This document shows, piece by piece, positions 1 to 9,281 of a stretch of DNA of 52,199 bases. Source of the stretch: Candidatus Sungiibacteriota bacterium (lineage in GTDB: Bacteria; Patescibacteriota; Minisyncoccia; Sungbacterales; HO2-52-23). The first letter of the stretch is position 1. Each line of letters opens with the position of its first letter. The stretch spans positions 1 to 52,199 of the forward strand of contig JACPMG010000003.1 of the NCBI GenBank assembly GCA_016186095.1, given 5' to 3'. Both the position numbers and the translations under genes were made by a program. Below the pieces are notes generated by a model. That model searched no databases, had not been told where the DNA came from, and saw only the letters and a list, made by a program, of their open reading frames with translations.

Positions 1-1
1 A

Positions 2-94
2 ACTGTTTTGGATGAAGAAATCAAAGAGAAGCGCGCGCGTTTGGAATACATTGATGCGCGGTTTGGGAATAAGGCGTTTTATAAATTGAAATAA
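2..94 (+). CDS. 3' end of a gene truncated by the window edge; FtsQ/DivIB-like C-terminus
   Basis: Frame 2 reads TVLDEEIKEKRARLEYIDARFGNKAFYKLK-stop; LEYID(A/L)RFGNK resembles the FtsQ C-terminal YIDLR motif. Confidence 0.55.
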   Translation, partial: TVLDEEIKEKRARLEYIDARFGNKAFYKLK

Positions 95-114
95 ATCTTC
101 TTCAGAAAATTGCG

Positions 115-146
115 CGGCCCTCCTTGGATTGCTCCTTGGAGGGCCG
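115..146. terminator. GC-rich hairpin, probable terminator for the converging transcripts
   Basis: cggccctcc (115-123) pairs with ggagggccg (138-146); inner GGA-GCAA-UCC tetraloop hairpin and a short U-run follow on the minus strand. Confidence 0.55.
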
Positions 147-457
147 TTAACTACACCCGCAAGGCGGCCACTGAGGTCTTCACCCTCATGCCTTCTCCTT
201 GTCGCCGGGGTTACCCGCGTCGTTCTTACCTCGACCCATGGGTCGGGTGACGCGGGGTACACTCGCTCCGTGAACGCGCCGTCACAGGCGGACCGCTTGG
301 ATTTGCTCGGCGCGCCCACGGAGGTTGTTGACGAAAAGAACAGGGCTTTGGGATGCTGGCGTACCATCCCTCGGCCATCAAACAAGGTTAGCAACATTAT
401 GCCAACCGCCTGCCAAGGCTTCCTGAAAAATGACAGGGCAGGACAGACGCCAGAGAT
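115..457 (-). ncRNA. Candidate structured RNA or long structured leader, family not recognised
   Basis: Lies between a consensus promoter (464-493) and a terminal hairpin. It forms consecutive helices whose imperfect pairs are G-U on the minus strand but A-C on the plus strand. Confidence 0.55.
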
Positions 458-463
458 ATGCTC

Positions 464-493
464 ATTATAGCAAATTCCATGGCCATCTGTCAA
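464..493 (-). promoter_or_regulatory. Sigma70-type promoter
   Basis: Minus strand reads TTGACA-18 nt-TATAAT with an extended -10 (TGcTATAAT). Confidence 0.75.
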
Positions 494-544
494 GCTTTTA
501 GAAGTATTTATCCAAAAATTGGCTCAAATAAGCCAATTTTCTGT

Positions 545-576
545 ATTCGTATATTCGTATGATTCGTTATTCGTAG
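545..576. repeat. Cluster of four ATTCGT units
   Basis: attcgtat-attcgtatg-attcgtt-attcgtag; the same core recurs at 3847-3885 and 4150-4224. Confidence 0.7.
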
Positions 577-578
577 TA

Positions 579-2399
579 TTAGGGAAGTTTATACAAAAAT
601 ATAGAGTATCCAATCTGTCCAGCAGGCGGATATGGCTTGAGCCATTCGTATGAGTCCTCGGGTTTGCGTATAAACCCCGGAGCGGTTTTGCCAAAAGCGT
701 CTTGCCTGAAAGTTGCCGAGATGGCAAACCAACCCGATGCTGGACCGCGCGAGGACTGCCACGGCTCGTATTTATCGCCCAGGTAATATCTGGGATTTCC
801 TCCGCCAAAATAATCCACGGCCAGTTTTTCTATTTTATTTTTCTCCACATACTGCGCGAGCCGTTTCAAATCCTGCCCCCAGTCGTAATTGGAATCAACT
901 GCAATTCTCCAGCCTGCTCTTGCGCCGCCCGCCAACTCATTATAGTAAGGCATAAAATTAGGGAAAACGGTCACCGTATTAAGGATAAGCCAAAACATTA
1001 AAAGTAAAACTAAAAGATACTTGGGTATGGAGGCAATATAAATTTGATATATATTTTTAAACCATCCGCCCCAAGTTTTAGGATCGGCCAATTCATGCGA
1101 GCGTAACCAAGGCGTTATATATCGCGAGACGAGGATATAAATAAAAGGAAAAGTCGGCAACACGTGCCGCACTCCGATATTGAGCGGAGAGGCCATGGAA
1201 AATATCCAGTAAAACAAAATGAAAACAAGCGAGCCCGTCTCCCAAAAGTGATTTTCCACGAAGCAGCGGATACGTTCATACGTCGTGCCGAAGTGTTCGG
1301 CCAGTGTCTTCTTGAATTTTTTTATGGCAAACCAAAAAGCGATGAGTGTGAGGATATGCAGCGCCAGAGGCTCTTTTAGAAGATAAAGAAGCGGGAAATA
1401 AGCCCTAGATCCGCTAGAGGAAACTTCGCCGAGGAAAAATGATGTGTTTCCTCCGGCGGAGCGTTGGCTGACCATAAATACGCCCAGTAAATATTGCCCC
1501 AGGGGCCGCGTCAGCGGGTTTTTTATGAGCGCGAAATCAAAGCTTGCCGCCGGACGCAAGCCGTAGGAGGATAATAAAAACTCCGCATCTCGCAGCTGAC
1601 GTTCCTGTGGATAATTCCAGGTAAATACCGCATACACTGCCCAGATAAGTAAAAGTCCGCTAAGGCCGACGACGATCGTTTTTCCGACCAGACGCATTCC
1701 CACGCGCAGGCGCTCGTGCAAATGCAGATTGGGGCGGCTTAGAATCCATATTATAAGTAGCAGCGCGTATATGGGGACAAGAAGCACGAGCGAGAATTTG
1801 AGAAGCTGGACGATACCGAAAATTATCCCTGCAATCGCAAGATTTTTCCTGGTTGGATTTTCAAGGAATGAGATAAACGAAGCAATACCTATGAAAAATC
1901 CCAAGGCCGCCCCAAGGTCGGTGGTAACATAACGCGCGTGGGTAAGGATTGTTGGCGAGAAAGCAAAAAGTAAGAGCGTCAATAGTGCCGCGGAGTTGCC
2001 GAATCGTTTTCTTGTCCATGAAAAAAGCAGCCATCCGAAAAATATAGTAAGAAGGATCAGCGGCAAGCGCGACCAGAAGATTATTTTATCCGCGTCATTG
2101 CCTGATTCGTATAAAAATTTAGCACCCTGCGCCCATTGGCCATTTATATCATCTTTCCAGTAGGGAGTATCGGTGGGAAAATACGGCCGAGCAAAAATCC
2201 ATCCGGAAATTGCGGCAAGAGCCTTAAGAAGCGGCGGATGCTCGGGATTTAGCCGATAGTCAAGTTGAGTAACGTATCCGAATCCTGCCGGAATGTGCGC
2301 CAACTCATCCATGGTGGCCGAGTCGTTCCAGACCGATCCGAGCATTAGAAGAAACATTATGAACAGGATTGCACCGGCAAAGAAATTGACTTTACTCAT
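579..2399 (-). CDS. ArnT/PMT-like (GT-C) membrane glycosyltransferase
   Basis: 606 aa, multi-TM, N-terminal loop with DE (TMDELAH) and NPEHPPL, and a DSNYDWGQD motif. Confidence 0.85.
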   Translation of the reverse strand: MSKVNFFAGAILFIMFLLMLGSVWNDSATMDELAHIPAGFGYVTQLDYRLNPEHPPLLKALAAISGWIFARPYFPTDTPYWKDDINGQWAQGAKFLYESGNDADKIIFWSRLPLILLTIFFGWLLFSWTRKRFGNSAALLTLLLFAFSPTILTHARYVTTDLGAALGFFIGIASFISFLENPTRKNLAIAGIIFGIVQLLKFSLVLLVPIYALLLIIWILSRPNLHLHERLRVGMRLVGKTIVVGLSGLLLIWAVYAVFTWNYPQERQLRDAEFLLSSYGLRPAASFDFALIKNPLTRPLGQYLLGVFMVSQRSAGGNTSFFLGEVSSSGSRAYFPLLYLLKEPLALHILTLIAFWFAIKKFKKTLAEHFGTTYERIRCFVENHFWETGSLVFILFYWIFSMASPLNIGVRHVLPTFPFIYILVSRYITPWLRSHELADPKTWGGWFKNIYQIYIASIPKYLLVLLLMFWLILNTVTVFPNFMPYYNELAGGARAGWRIAVDSNYDWGQDLKRLAQYVEKNKIEKLAVDYFGGGNPRYYLGDKYEPWQSSRGPASGWFAISATFRQDAFGKTAPGFIRKPEDSYEWLKPYPPAGQIGYSIFLYKLP

Positions 2400-2460
2400 A
2401 AAATAGTGTATGGTTTATATGGTTGTTTTAGCTTCTACAGTATACCACAAGGAGGAACAA

Positions 2461-2805
2461 ATGGGTTTTGGTCAGCGGACGCCCTCTGAGAAGTTTGTCC
2501 TTGCGGCTGTGCGAATGCATGGGTCTGAACACGGGACTGGGAAGATCGAACGTATCAGTCGCGTGGTTTATGACCAGGATGCTCAGGCCCTTGTGATTTG
2601 GGTGAGAGATTTTGCCGGTGAGGAAGAGGCGTTAGACTTGAAGTGGTATGACCCCGCAGAATTAGAGAGTAATCTTCGCAATAGCGGCGCGGATTTTGTA
2701 AGAAGCGTAGCCCTGATGTTTTTCAGACATGCCGGATATTCCATTCACGAAAATCCTCAGGCCGGAGGCGCTGAAAGGCGCGTAGTTGAGTGGAGCCGAC
2801 AGTAG
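2461..2805 (+). CDS. Hypothetical protein
   Basis: ORF fills the gap between the two glycosyltransferase genes; AGGAGG lies just upstream of ATG 2461. Confidence 0.6.
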   Translation: MGFGQRTPSEKFVLAAVRMHGSEHGTGKIERISRVVYDQDAQALVIWVRDFAGEEEALDLKWYDPAELESNLRNSGADFVRSVALMFFRHAGYSIHENPQAGGAERRVVEWSRQ

Positions 2806-2849
2806 AGGAGATAGACAAGACATGCGGTATGCCTTTGGGCAGCCGCTAG

Positions 2850-4559
2850 TTAATTTTCCAAAATCACGAAATCTCCGGGCACGCGTACCCTTAACTGGGG
2901 ATTTTTTTGTTTAATTTCATTAATTAGTGCTTTGTCTTCTCCGTTAAGAAAAGCGATGACTGTCGGCTGATTACTGGTAACTAGTAACTGGTTACTAATA
3001 TTCTGCGGCAATACGTACTCCATATTTTTCTCCTTTTGTCCAGTTTCGCGAAAAGTATCTGTGGCAAACATTACGGTCTGCGCGGGCACGCTGATGCCGC
3101 GCACTTCAACTCCGGGGAGATTTACCACCACATATTTTTTGGTCTCATTCGGAAGACCGTCTAGAAATTTGCCAAGATGCCATAAATCGGTTGAGAAAGC
3201 AAAATAGGTCTCCTCGCTTCCGGCCCAACGGATAAAATAATTCCGGTAGGTAAGAATAGGGATTAGCGTCAGAAGCAAAATCGCCAGAAGCGCCACCTCT
3301 TTTTTTACCCTCTCAAGTTGGCCTATATACGTCGGCCATTTTAACTTCTGCAGATCCAGCCAATTTATAATCTTTTGGTAAATCCACCACGCCCCCAAGC
3401 CTGATAAAATCATCACCGGCGGGATTAGGCCGATGGAGCGAAGCGCATGAGGAAGGCCTTCGCGCGTTAGAGTGGCAGGGAGAGACATAAAGAGGAGCCA
3501 GGCTAGTAAGCTTGTAGTTTGTAGCTTGTAGCTTGTAGCGCGGAAAAATAGCTGACGGAGCATAAGGATAAAACCCGTGAGGAAGAATATGGCTACAACA
3601 GATTGGAGTTGGGGCTGGCAGGCAAAATTATGCCGCCAGTTGCAGTCGCCTCGTATAAAAAACATACCTAATGTTGCCAGATTTGATTTTATAAATTCCT
3701 TCAGAGGCGATATGGATGAGAAAATAGATACGTCTCCGGCTCTTCCCAGAAAGTCCTGCGGATTTTGTACAAAATGTAATCCGAGGGGAAGAGCGACCAC
3801 GAAGGTTATGAGAAAAAAAAGTAGTACCGCGCACGGCGCACAGTATTTATTCGTATAATTGGTATTCATTCGTATATTGGTATCGGTGTTCTTCCACCAT
3901 TTCCACAAATACCAAATAAGTGGAACTGCTAGGACAAACGGTATGAATCTGAAAGCAATGTACGTGTGAAAGCCAAGACCGATAAAAATCCCGGCCCAAA
4001 CCATATCCAGAATTTTTCCTTGCCGAAGCCCTTTTAGCAAAAAATATATTCCAAACGTTGCCAAAAACGGGATCATGATTGCCCGAAACCCTATGCGGGA
4101 GAAATTGATGTGCCAATAGCTCGTGGCCAAAAAGAAAGAGGAGAGCAGCGCTACGAAATACGAATTGGTACGAAAGTACGAAAGATTGTTTTTCGTAATT
4201 TCGTATTCTTTCGTATTTCGTAGCCAATGCGATTGTCCAAACAGTTCTTTGGTTAAAAGGTAAACTCCGAGAATGGTTAAAGTTCCAAAAATGGCGCTGA
4301 CTATTCGCAATGCCCATGGCTCAATTCCAAAAAGCCGAAGCGAGAGCGCCTGCAAATTTATAAATAGCCCTTCGCGGCCGTTATTTTCCGGATAAAACAC
4401 CTTGAAGTCGCCCGTGGCAATGGCTTCAAGCGCGTTATTCCCGTTCATGGCCTCATCCGGATAAAGTCCGGGCGGGACTTCGGTGATTTGGTAGAAACGG
4501 AAAAATGCGCCTATGGCTAGGATAAAAATAAGGGTGGCGAATTTCTGTCTTTTGCTCAC
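2850..4559 (-). CDS. ArnT/PMT-like (GT-C) membrane glycosyltransferase with four repeat-derived inserts
   Basis: 569 aa, PPGLYPDEA motif after TM1, HINFSRIGFR, PHALRS; multi-TM. Confidence 0.85.
   Translation of the reverse strand: MSKRQKFATLIFILAIGAFFRFYQITEVPPGLYPDEAMNGNNALEAIATGDFKVFYPENNGREGLFINLQALSLRLFGIEPWALRIVSAIFGTLTILGVYLLTKELFGQSHWLRNTKEYEITKNNLSYFRTNSYFVALLSSFFLATSYWHINFSRIGFRAIMIPFLATFGIYFLLKGLRQGKILDMVWAGIFIGLGFHTYIAFRFIPFVLAVPLIWYLWKWWKNTDTNIRMNTNYTNKYCAPCAVLLFFLITFVVALPLGLHFVQNPQDFLGRAGDVSIFSSISPLKEFIKSNLATLGMFFIRGDCNWRHNFACQPQLQSVVAIFFLTGFILMLRQLFFRATSYKLQTTSLLAWLLFMSLPATLTREGLPHALRSIGLIPPVMILSGLGAWWIYQKIINWLDLQKLKWPTYIGQLERVKKEVALLAILLLTLIPILTYRNYFIRWAGSEETYFAFSTDLWHLGKFLDGLPNETKKYVVVNLPGVEVRGISVPAQTVMFATDTFRETGQKEKNMEYVLPQNISNQLLVTSNQPTVIAFLNGEDKALINEIKQKNPQLRVRVPGDFVILEN
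2971..2998. repeat. Four 7-nt units inside the CDS (encode SNQLLVTSNQ)
   Basis: ttactgg-taactag-taactgg-ttactaa. Confidence 0.65.
3510..3539. repeat. Four 7-nt units inside the CDS (encode ATSYKLQTTS)
   Basis: gcttgta-gtttgta-gcttgta-gcttgta-gc. Confidence 0.75.
4150..4224. repeat. Inverted pair of TACGAA clusters inside the CDS
   Basis: gctacgaaatacgaa (4150-4164) and ttcgtatttcgtagc (4210-4224) form a perfect 15-bp IR; four TACGAA units face four TTCGTA units. Confidence 0.8.
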
Positions 4560-4565
4560 AGTTTA

Positions 4566-4578
4566 ATTATAGTACAAT
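4566..4578. promoter_or_regulatory. Back-to-back -10 boxes of divergent, probably leaderless genes
   Basis: Minus TATAAT (4566-4571) is 6 nt before GTG 4559; plus TACAAT (4573-4578) is 7 nt before ATG 4586. Confidence 0.55.
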
Positions 4579-4585
4579 ACGTGAT

Positions 4586-5035
4586 ATGCCCCAAGATTCG
4601 CAAAAAGAGAAGGGAGCGGCGTCAGCCGAGGAAGAGATTCTGGAGCTGGAGCGAAAACTAGAGGAGAAAAAAAGAGAGCTTGCGGAAAGCGGCGCAGCAC
4701 CCGTTGAAGAAAAAGAGGTATTTCGCGAGGTATTGCGGGAACACGTGGAAGAAGCCCGTCCGCAAGCGCCCGGCGAAGGACCGGCAGTTTTGGCTCCTTC
4801 GGTTACTCATGTTTTAGCCGATGACCTCAAGAAGAAGGCCGACGAGGTGAAGAAAAAAGAACTGCGCGAAGAGCAAGTGCGCGAGCTAATTGAATTTGCC
4901 CTGACACGGACTATAAACGACGCGGTAAAAGTAGCGGAGCGCGCAACTCCATGGCTTTTGGATGAACTGCATGATCATCTGGTTGATGATTATTATGAAA
5001 AGCTAGTGCAGTTGAGGAAATTGAAGCAACTTTAA
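4586..5035 (+). CDS. Hypothetical charged, helical protein coupled to the downstream ATPase
   Basis: 149-aa ORF; its stop overlaps the next ATG; C-terminal PWLLDELHDHL. Confidence 0.8.
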   Translation: MPQDSQKEKGAASAEEEILELERKLEEKKRELAESGAAPVEEKEVFREVLREHVEEARPQAPGEGPAVLAPSVTHVLADDLKKKADEVKKKELREEQVRELIEFALTRTINDAVKVAERATPWLLDELHDHLVDDYYEKLVQLRKLKQL

Positions 5036-7467
5036 TGTACCTTTTCTATTTATATCTTTTATTGATTTTTGTCATAGTCCTGGCTCTGCTGGCGGTTTTG
5101 ATATTGCGCGGATACGCCCGCCGCGGCCTGATTTCCCGTTCCCTTAATCTGGAGCTTCTTTTGGTAAGGTTTTCCCCTGTAGCACCGTCTCCGCAGGAGC
5201 CGACTATGCAGCAGATCCGGGAGAAGATCGCCCTGATGGAACAATTCTACAGTCACCTGCATTTAATACGCGACAACTGGTGGAGAAAATTGCTTTACGG
5301 CAAGCCGACTTTTTCTTTGGAACTCACTATCCCCTCAATCGGCGAGGAAATTTCATTTTATGTTGCCGTTCCGCGACGGCTCCGTATGGCTGTAGAAAAA
5401 GTTATTCAGGGTATTTTTCCCGATGCGCAGGTTGAAGTTTCGCGCGACTATAATATTTTCAATCCGGAGGGGCAGGCGGTGGGTGCGGGCATAGTTTTAA
5501 AAGAGAATAGATACTATCCCCTGAAAACTTATCAGAAATTAGAGGGTGATCCCATGAAGGAGTTAACCAACGTGTTTACCAAGCTTGCCAAGGAGGGCGA
5601 AGGAGCCGCGTTACAGATTATCGCGCGCCCGGCGCGCAAAAAATGGAGCAGAAAGTTAAAAGATCGCGCCAAAATACTTTTTGGCGGCAAAAAGGCAAAA
5701 GAGAGCGTATTATTGGGAGCCGTGCGCGGAGCAGGGGATTTCACCGGCATGACGCCCGGGGGCCCTGCGCAGGAGAGACCGGAGGAGCTAAAAAAAATAA
5801 CGCCCCTGCAGGAGGAAATCGTGCGGGCGCTGGAGAATAAGGCATCCAAACCTCTTTTTGACGCCAATATACGCATCCTGGCATCAGCAGTAGATGATGC
5901 GCGGGCACGCTCAATCCTGCAGGGATTGACACTCGCTTTTGCTCAGTTTGCCGACCAGAATTTAAACAGTTTTAAAATAATACCCATGGAGGGTAGGTCT
6001 TTAAAAAGTTTTATCTTCAATTTTTCTTTCCGCGGATTTGACGATTACAGAAAAATTATTTTGGGATCGGAGGAGCTGACGTCTATTTTCCATTTCCCCA
6101 ATATCCTTACCGAAACCCCGAAGCTGAAAATTGTGAAAGCGCGCGAAGCGCCCCCGCCGGTAAATGTTCCGCAAGACGGCCTGCTTCTGGGGTATAACGT
6201 ATTTCGCGGAGAAAAAACCGACATTAAGCTGTCGGAAGAGGATCGGCGTAGGCATTTATATATCATCGGGCAGACCGGAACCGGAAAGTCGGTTTTCTTG
6301 GAGAGTATGATTATTCAAGATATACAGGCCGGCAAAGGGGTGTGCGTTATTGACCCGCACGGAGATATGGTGGAGCGTATTTTGGGGTTTGTGCCGCGGC
6401 ATCGAGCGCAGGACGTGGTTTATTTCAACCCCGGAGATGTGGCGCGCCCCATGGGCTTGAACATGCTCGAATACGATCCTAATTTTCCCGAGCAGAAAAC
6501 TTTTATTGTAAACGAACTTCTCTCCATTTTTGACAAACTTTACAATATGTCCATTGCCGGAGGCCCGATGTTTGAGCAGTATTTCCGCAACTCCACGCTT
6601 CTGGTTATGGATGATCCAACGTCGGGCAACACTTTAATCGAAATTGAGCGGGTGCTTACCGATAAGCCTTTTCGTGACCTTAAACTTTCGCGCTCCAACA
6701 ACATCGTGGTGAAAAATTTCTGGACGCAGATTGCGGAAAAAGCCGGAGGAGAAGCATCGCTGAAGGATATGGTGCCTTATATTGCCTCCAAGTTTGATAA
6801 TTTTATTGCGAACGAAATCATGCGTCCCATAATCGCGCAGGAGAAATCCGCTTTTAATTTCCGCGAGGTAATGGATAATCAAAAAATACTTCTGGTCAAT
6901 CTTTCCAAGGGGCGTCTGGGCGATCTGAATTCTTCCCTTATCGGCCTCGTGATCGTGGGCAAGCTCCTGATGGCGGCACTCTCCCGTACCGATCAGCCCG
7001 AGGAGCGCAGAAAAGATTTTTATCTTTATATTGATGAGTTCCAAAACGTTACCACTGATTCTATCGCGACCATCCTCTCGGAGGCGCGAAAATACCGGCT
7101 TGATCTTATCATCACCCATCAATTTATCGGACAGTTGAAAGAAGAAATCAAAAAAGCGGTTTTTGGAAACGTAGGCTCCATGGTTTCTTTCCGGATCGGA
7201 TCGGATGACGGCGAATTTATGGCCAAGCAATATAAACCCGTTTTCTCCGAGCAGGATTTGCTGAATATAGATAACTTCAACTGCTACGTGAAGCTTTTAA
7301 TAAAAGGCCAGACCTCGCCGTCTTTCAGTATGAAGACCTATCCTTCGGGCAAGGGCGAGAAAGAAGTCGCCGAGATGATAAAAGAGATTTCCCGTACCAA
7401 ATACGGCAGGCCGCGAGAAGAAGTGGAGCGGGAGATCATGGAAAAACATCAGAAGCCAAGCTTTTAG
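5035..7467 (+). CDS. VirD4/TraD (type IV coupling protein)/HerA-like ATPase with N-terminal TM anchor
   Basis: 810 aa; RRRHLYIIGQTGTGKS (Walker A), IDPHGD, LYIDEFQ (Walker B), LSEARKY, HQFIGQL. Confidence 0.85.
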   Translation: MYLFYLYLLLIFVIVLALLAVLILRGYARRGLISRSLNLELLLVRFSPVAPSPQEPTMQQIREKIALMEQFYSHLHLIRDNWWRKLLYGKPTFSLELTIPSIGEEISFYVAVPRRLRMAVEKVIQGIFPDAQVEVSRDYNIFNPEGQAVGAGIVLKENRYYPLKTYQKLEGDPMKELTNVFTKLAKEGEGAALQIIARPARKKWSRKLKDRAKILFGGKKAKESVLLGAVRGAGDFTGMTPGGPAQERPEELKKITPLQEEIVRALENKASKPLFDANIRILASAVDDARARSILQGLTLAFAQFADQNLNSFKIIPMEGRSLKSFIFNFSFRGFDDYRKIILGSEELTSIFHFPNILTETPKLKIVKAREAPPPVNVPQDGLLLGYNVFRGEKTDIKLSEEDRRRHLYIIGQTGTGKSVFLESMIIQDIQAGKGVCVIDPHGDMVERILGFVPRHRAQDVVYFNPGDVARPMGLNMLEYDPNFPEQKTFIVNELLSIFDKLYNMSIAGGPMFEQYFRNSTLLVMDDPTSGNTLIEIERVLTDKPFRDLKLSRSNNIVVKNFWTQIAEKAGGEASLKDMVPYIASKFDNFIANEIMRPIIAQEKSAFNFREVMDNQKILLVNLSKGRLGDLNSSLIGLVIVGKLLMAALSRTDQPEERRKDFYLYIDEFQNVTTDSIATILSEARKYRLDLIITHQFIGQLKEEIKKAVFGNVGSMVSFRIGSDDGEFMAKQYKPVFSEQDLLNIDNFNCYVKLLIKGQTSPSFSMKTYPSGKGEKEVAEMIKEISRTKYGRPREEVEREIMEKHQKPSF

Positions 7468-7475
7468 CATATTTC

Positions 7476-8075
7476 ATGACCAGCAGACAAGATTATGCCA
7501 TCGCCGCTCTAGTCGGGTTTCTCACCGGAGTTTTTGCCGTACCCACTTTGGTAAATTTAGGTGTCTCAAGCTGGCCGCTTTTGATGGCATTGCCTTTGGT
7601 TGTTACATTGCTTTTTCTAGCTGGTCTTTGGATTGCCGGATTTATTTCGCGTTGGCTTGCGTTTCTGCCGCAATTGGCCAAATTCGCGGAAGTGGGGATT
7701 TTGAATAGCGCGATTGATTTTGGCATTCTTAATCTTTTCAGCGCCGCTACGGGGATTATCTCCGGGATCGTCGTAGGAGGGGTCAATATCCCCGGATTCA
7801 GTGTGGCGGTCCTAAACAGTTATTTCTGGAATAAATTTTGGGTTTTCAAGGGGCGTGAGGGCGCGATGCGTGATTTTCCCAAATTTATGGCCGTGAGCAT
7901 AGGTGGCCTTCTTCTTAATAGCGGAGTTATTGTGCTCGCGACCACGTATATTTCTGCCCCGGCTTTTTTAGGCGGTACCGCTTGGCTAAACTTGGCCAAG
8001 ATTTTGGCAACGCTTCTGGTATTTGTCTGGAATTTTCTCGGGTATAAATTTTTGGTGTTTCGTAAGAGTGTTTAG
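7476..8075 (+). CDS. GtrA-family flippase-like membrane protein
   Basis: QLAKFAEVGILNSAIDFG, NSYFWNKFWVF, WNFLGYKFLVF. Confidence 0.85.
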   Translation: MTSRQDYAIAALVGFLTGVFAVPTLVNLGVSSWPLLMALPLVVTLLFLAGLWIAGFISRWLAFLPQLAKFAEVGILNSAIDFGILNLFSAATGIISGIVVGGVNIPGFSVAVLNSYFWNKFWVFKGREGAMRDFPKFMAVSIGGLLLNSGVIVLATTYISAPAFLGGTAWLNLAKILATLLVFVWNFLGYKFLVFRKSV

Positions 8076-8288
8076 CGGGTGTCCTCGGTGTTCTCTTTTC
8101 GCGACACGTCTCGGCGGCTCCAGCGGCCGCCTCGCTAAGGGTCGTCGCGATTTTCCTCGCTATCGCTCGGAGCCAAGCAAATCGGAGACGGGGCGTCCTG
8201 CTGTGGGCGCTTCGCGCTCCTCGCAGGAACGCCTCGCGTCTGGACTCTTCCCATTATCGCGAGAAAGAGAACCCCTCGGTCCGCTAAA
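8071..8288. repeat. Intergenic nested-hairpin element with terminal inverted repeats (MITE-like or structured RNA)
   Basis: tttagcgg (8071-8078)/ccgctaaa (8281-8288) and gttctcttttcgcga (8090-8104)/tcgcgagaaagagaac (8257-8272) enclose further GC-rich stems. Confidence 0.6.
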
Positions 8289-8391
8289 ATTCATATGGGT
8301 TTGTTGCGCGTGAGCGAACTATGGGCTTCATTTTTGGCGATGGTAGTGCTACTCTAGTCGTAGAGGCCCGTCTTAATTTTAAGGAATACAT

Positions 8392-9204
8392 ATGAGCGAA
8401 ACAGGACAGCCGGAGAAGTACGGACCTGGTGAAGTCAACAGAGAGTTGAGACTGCGTAATGTTTTTGAAAATACGCTTCCTGAACTTCTGGCGTTGATAA
8501 CCATAGGACTAAGAGGTTTGCAGGATGCGATACCGCCGGACGACAGGGGAATGAGCCTTGATACGACGCTCGATCAGTTAATAAAGTTTCTGGAGCGTCT
8601 GGATAGGCATACACTTGAGAATAAGATTTGTCGCGAATTGGCCGAAGGAGATGACACCCTCGCCGTATCTTTTTTGACGCTCATCGCGGTGCGGGGCCAC
8701 CTCGATATTGAGGATAAGAAGCGCAAGATTGTGGAGGCCGCCAAGGAGGGTATAAAACTTTCCGCAGAAGGCCAGATGGTCCTTGATGCTATTAGCGGCG
8801 CGCATGATGATACCGAAAGCGCGCTAATGGGGCTTCTTGATGGGTCAAAAACTTTTGGCAGGCGATTCGGAGCGGATGATCTATGGGAATTTATTCGCGA
8901 GGACGAACGACGGGTTAGCGATTTGCAAAGGCACGGGATGAGAGCAAAGAGGGTAGGGTTAGAAAAAGCTTTTTTGGAGCGGATATTGAGTAGAGATTTT
9001 CAAAAAGGGGATCGCGATAAAATGCGCAGCGTTCTGGATCAACAAATGCAAGACGGGTTATCCTTAGCGGAGCTTGATATTATAAGCGTGCTGCAAGAGA
9101 AACCGGAGATGCGAAGGCAAATAAGTGAAGACGTCCAAGGGCTTCTGAAGCTTTATCAGATCCGGAAGTTTGTTGATCAAGTGATCCCAGAACAGCGGGT
9201 ATAG
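8392..9204 (+). CDS. Hypothetical protein
   Basis: 270-aa ORF with AAGGA upstream and a hairpin downstream; no recognised motif. Confidence 0.7.
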   Translation: MSETGQPEKYGPGEVNRELRLRNVFENTLPELLALITIGLRGLQDAIPPDDRGMSLDTTLDQLIKFLERLDRHTLENKICRELAEGDDTLAVSFLTLIAVRGHLDIEDKKRKIVEAAKEGIKLSAEGQMVLDAISGAHDDTESALMGLLDGSKTFGRRFGADDLWEFIREDERRVSDLQRHGMRAKRVGLEKAFLERILSRDFQKGDRDKMRSVLDQQMQDGLSLAELDIISVLQEKPEMRRQISEDVQGLLKLYQIRKFVDQVIPEQRV

Positions 9205-9219
9205 ATTAAAAATTATCAG

Positions 9220-9248
9220 AGGGCCTTTAGTTCATCAGGGCCCTTTTT
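9220..9248 (+). terminator. Probable intrinsic terminator
   Basis: agggcc...ggccct stem followed by a T-run. Confidence 0.45.
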
Positions 9249-9281
9249 ATTTTCCGAAAAATATGTTAATCTCATCTTGCT

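Noticed and set aside
115..457. Identification as RNase P RNA, tmRNA, SRP RNA or a hammerhead ribozyme
   Set aside because: No GAGGAAAGUCC, no tRNA-like GGGG...TTCGA...CCA ends, no SRP domain IV motif, no CUGAUGA/GAAA core.
129..470. 113-aa plus-strand ORF over the structured region
   Set aside because: TTG start inside a hairpin, no protein-like motif, and it runs against the consensus promoter.
5035..7467. Conjugative element or type IV secretion island
   Set aside because: No relaxase, VirB4, pilin or integrase nearby; lone coupling-protein-like ATPases are common chromosomal genes in this kind of genome.
8023..8313. 96-aa ORF over the nested-hairpin element
   Set aside because: Arg/Ser/Gly-rich translation of GC-rich palindromic DNA that overlaps gtrA.
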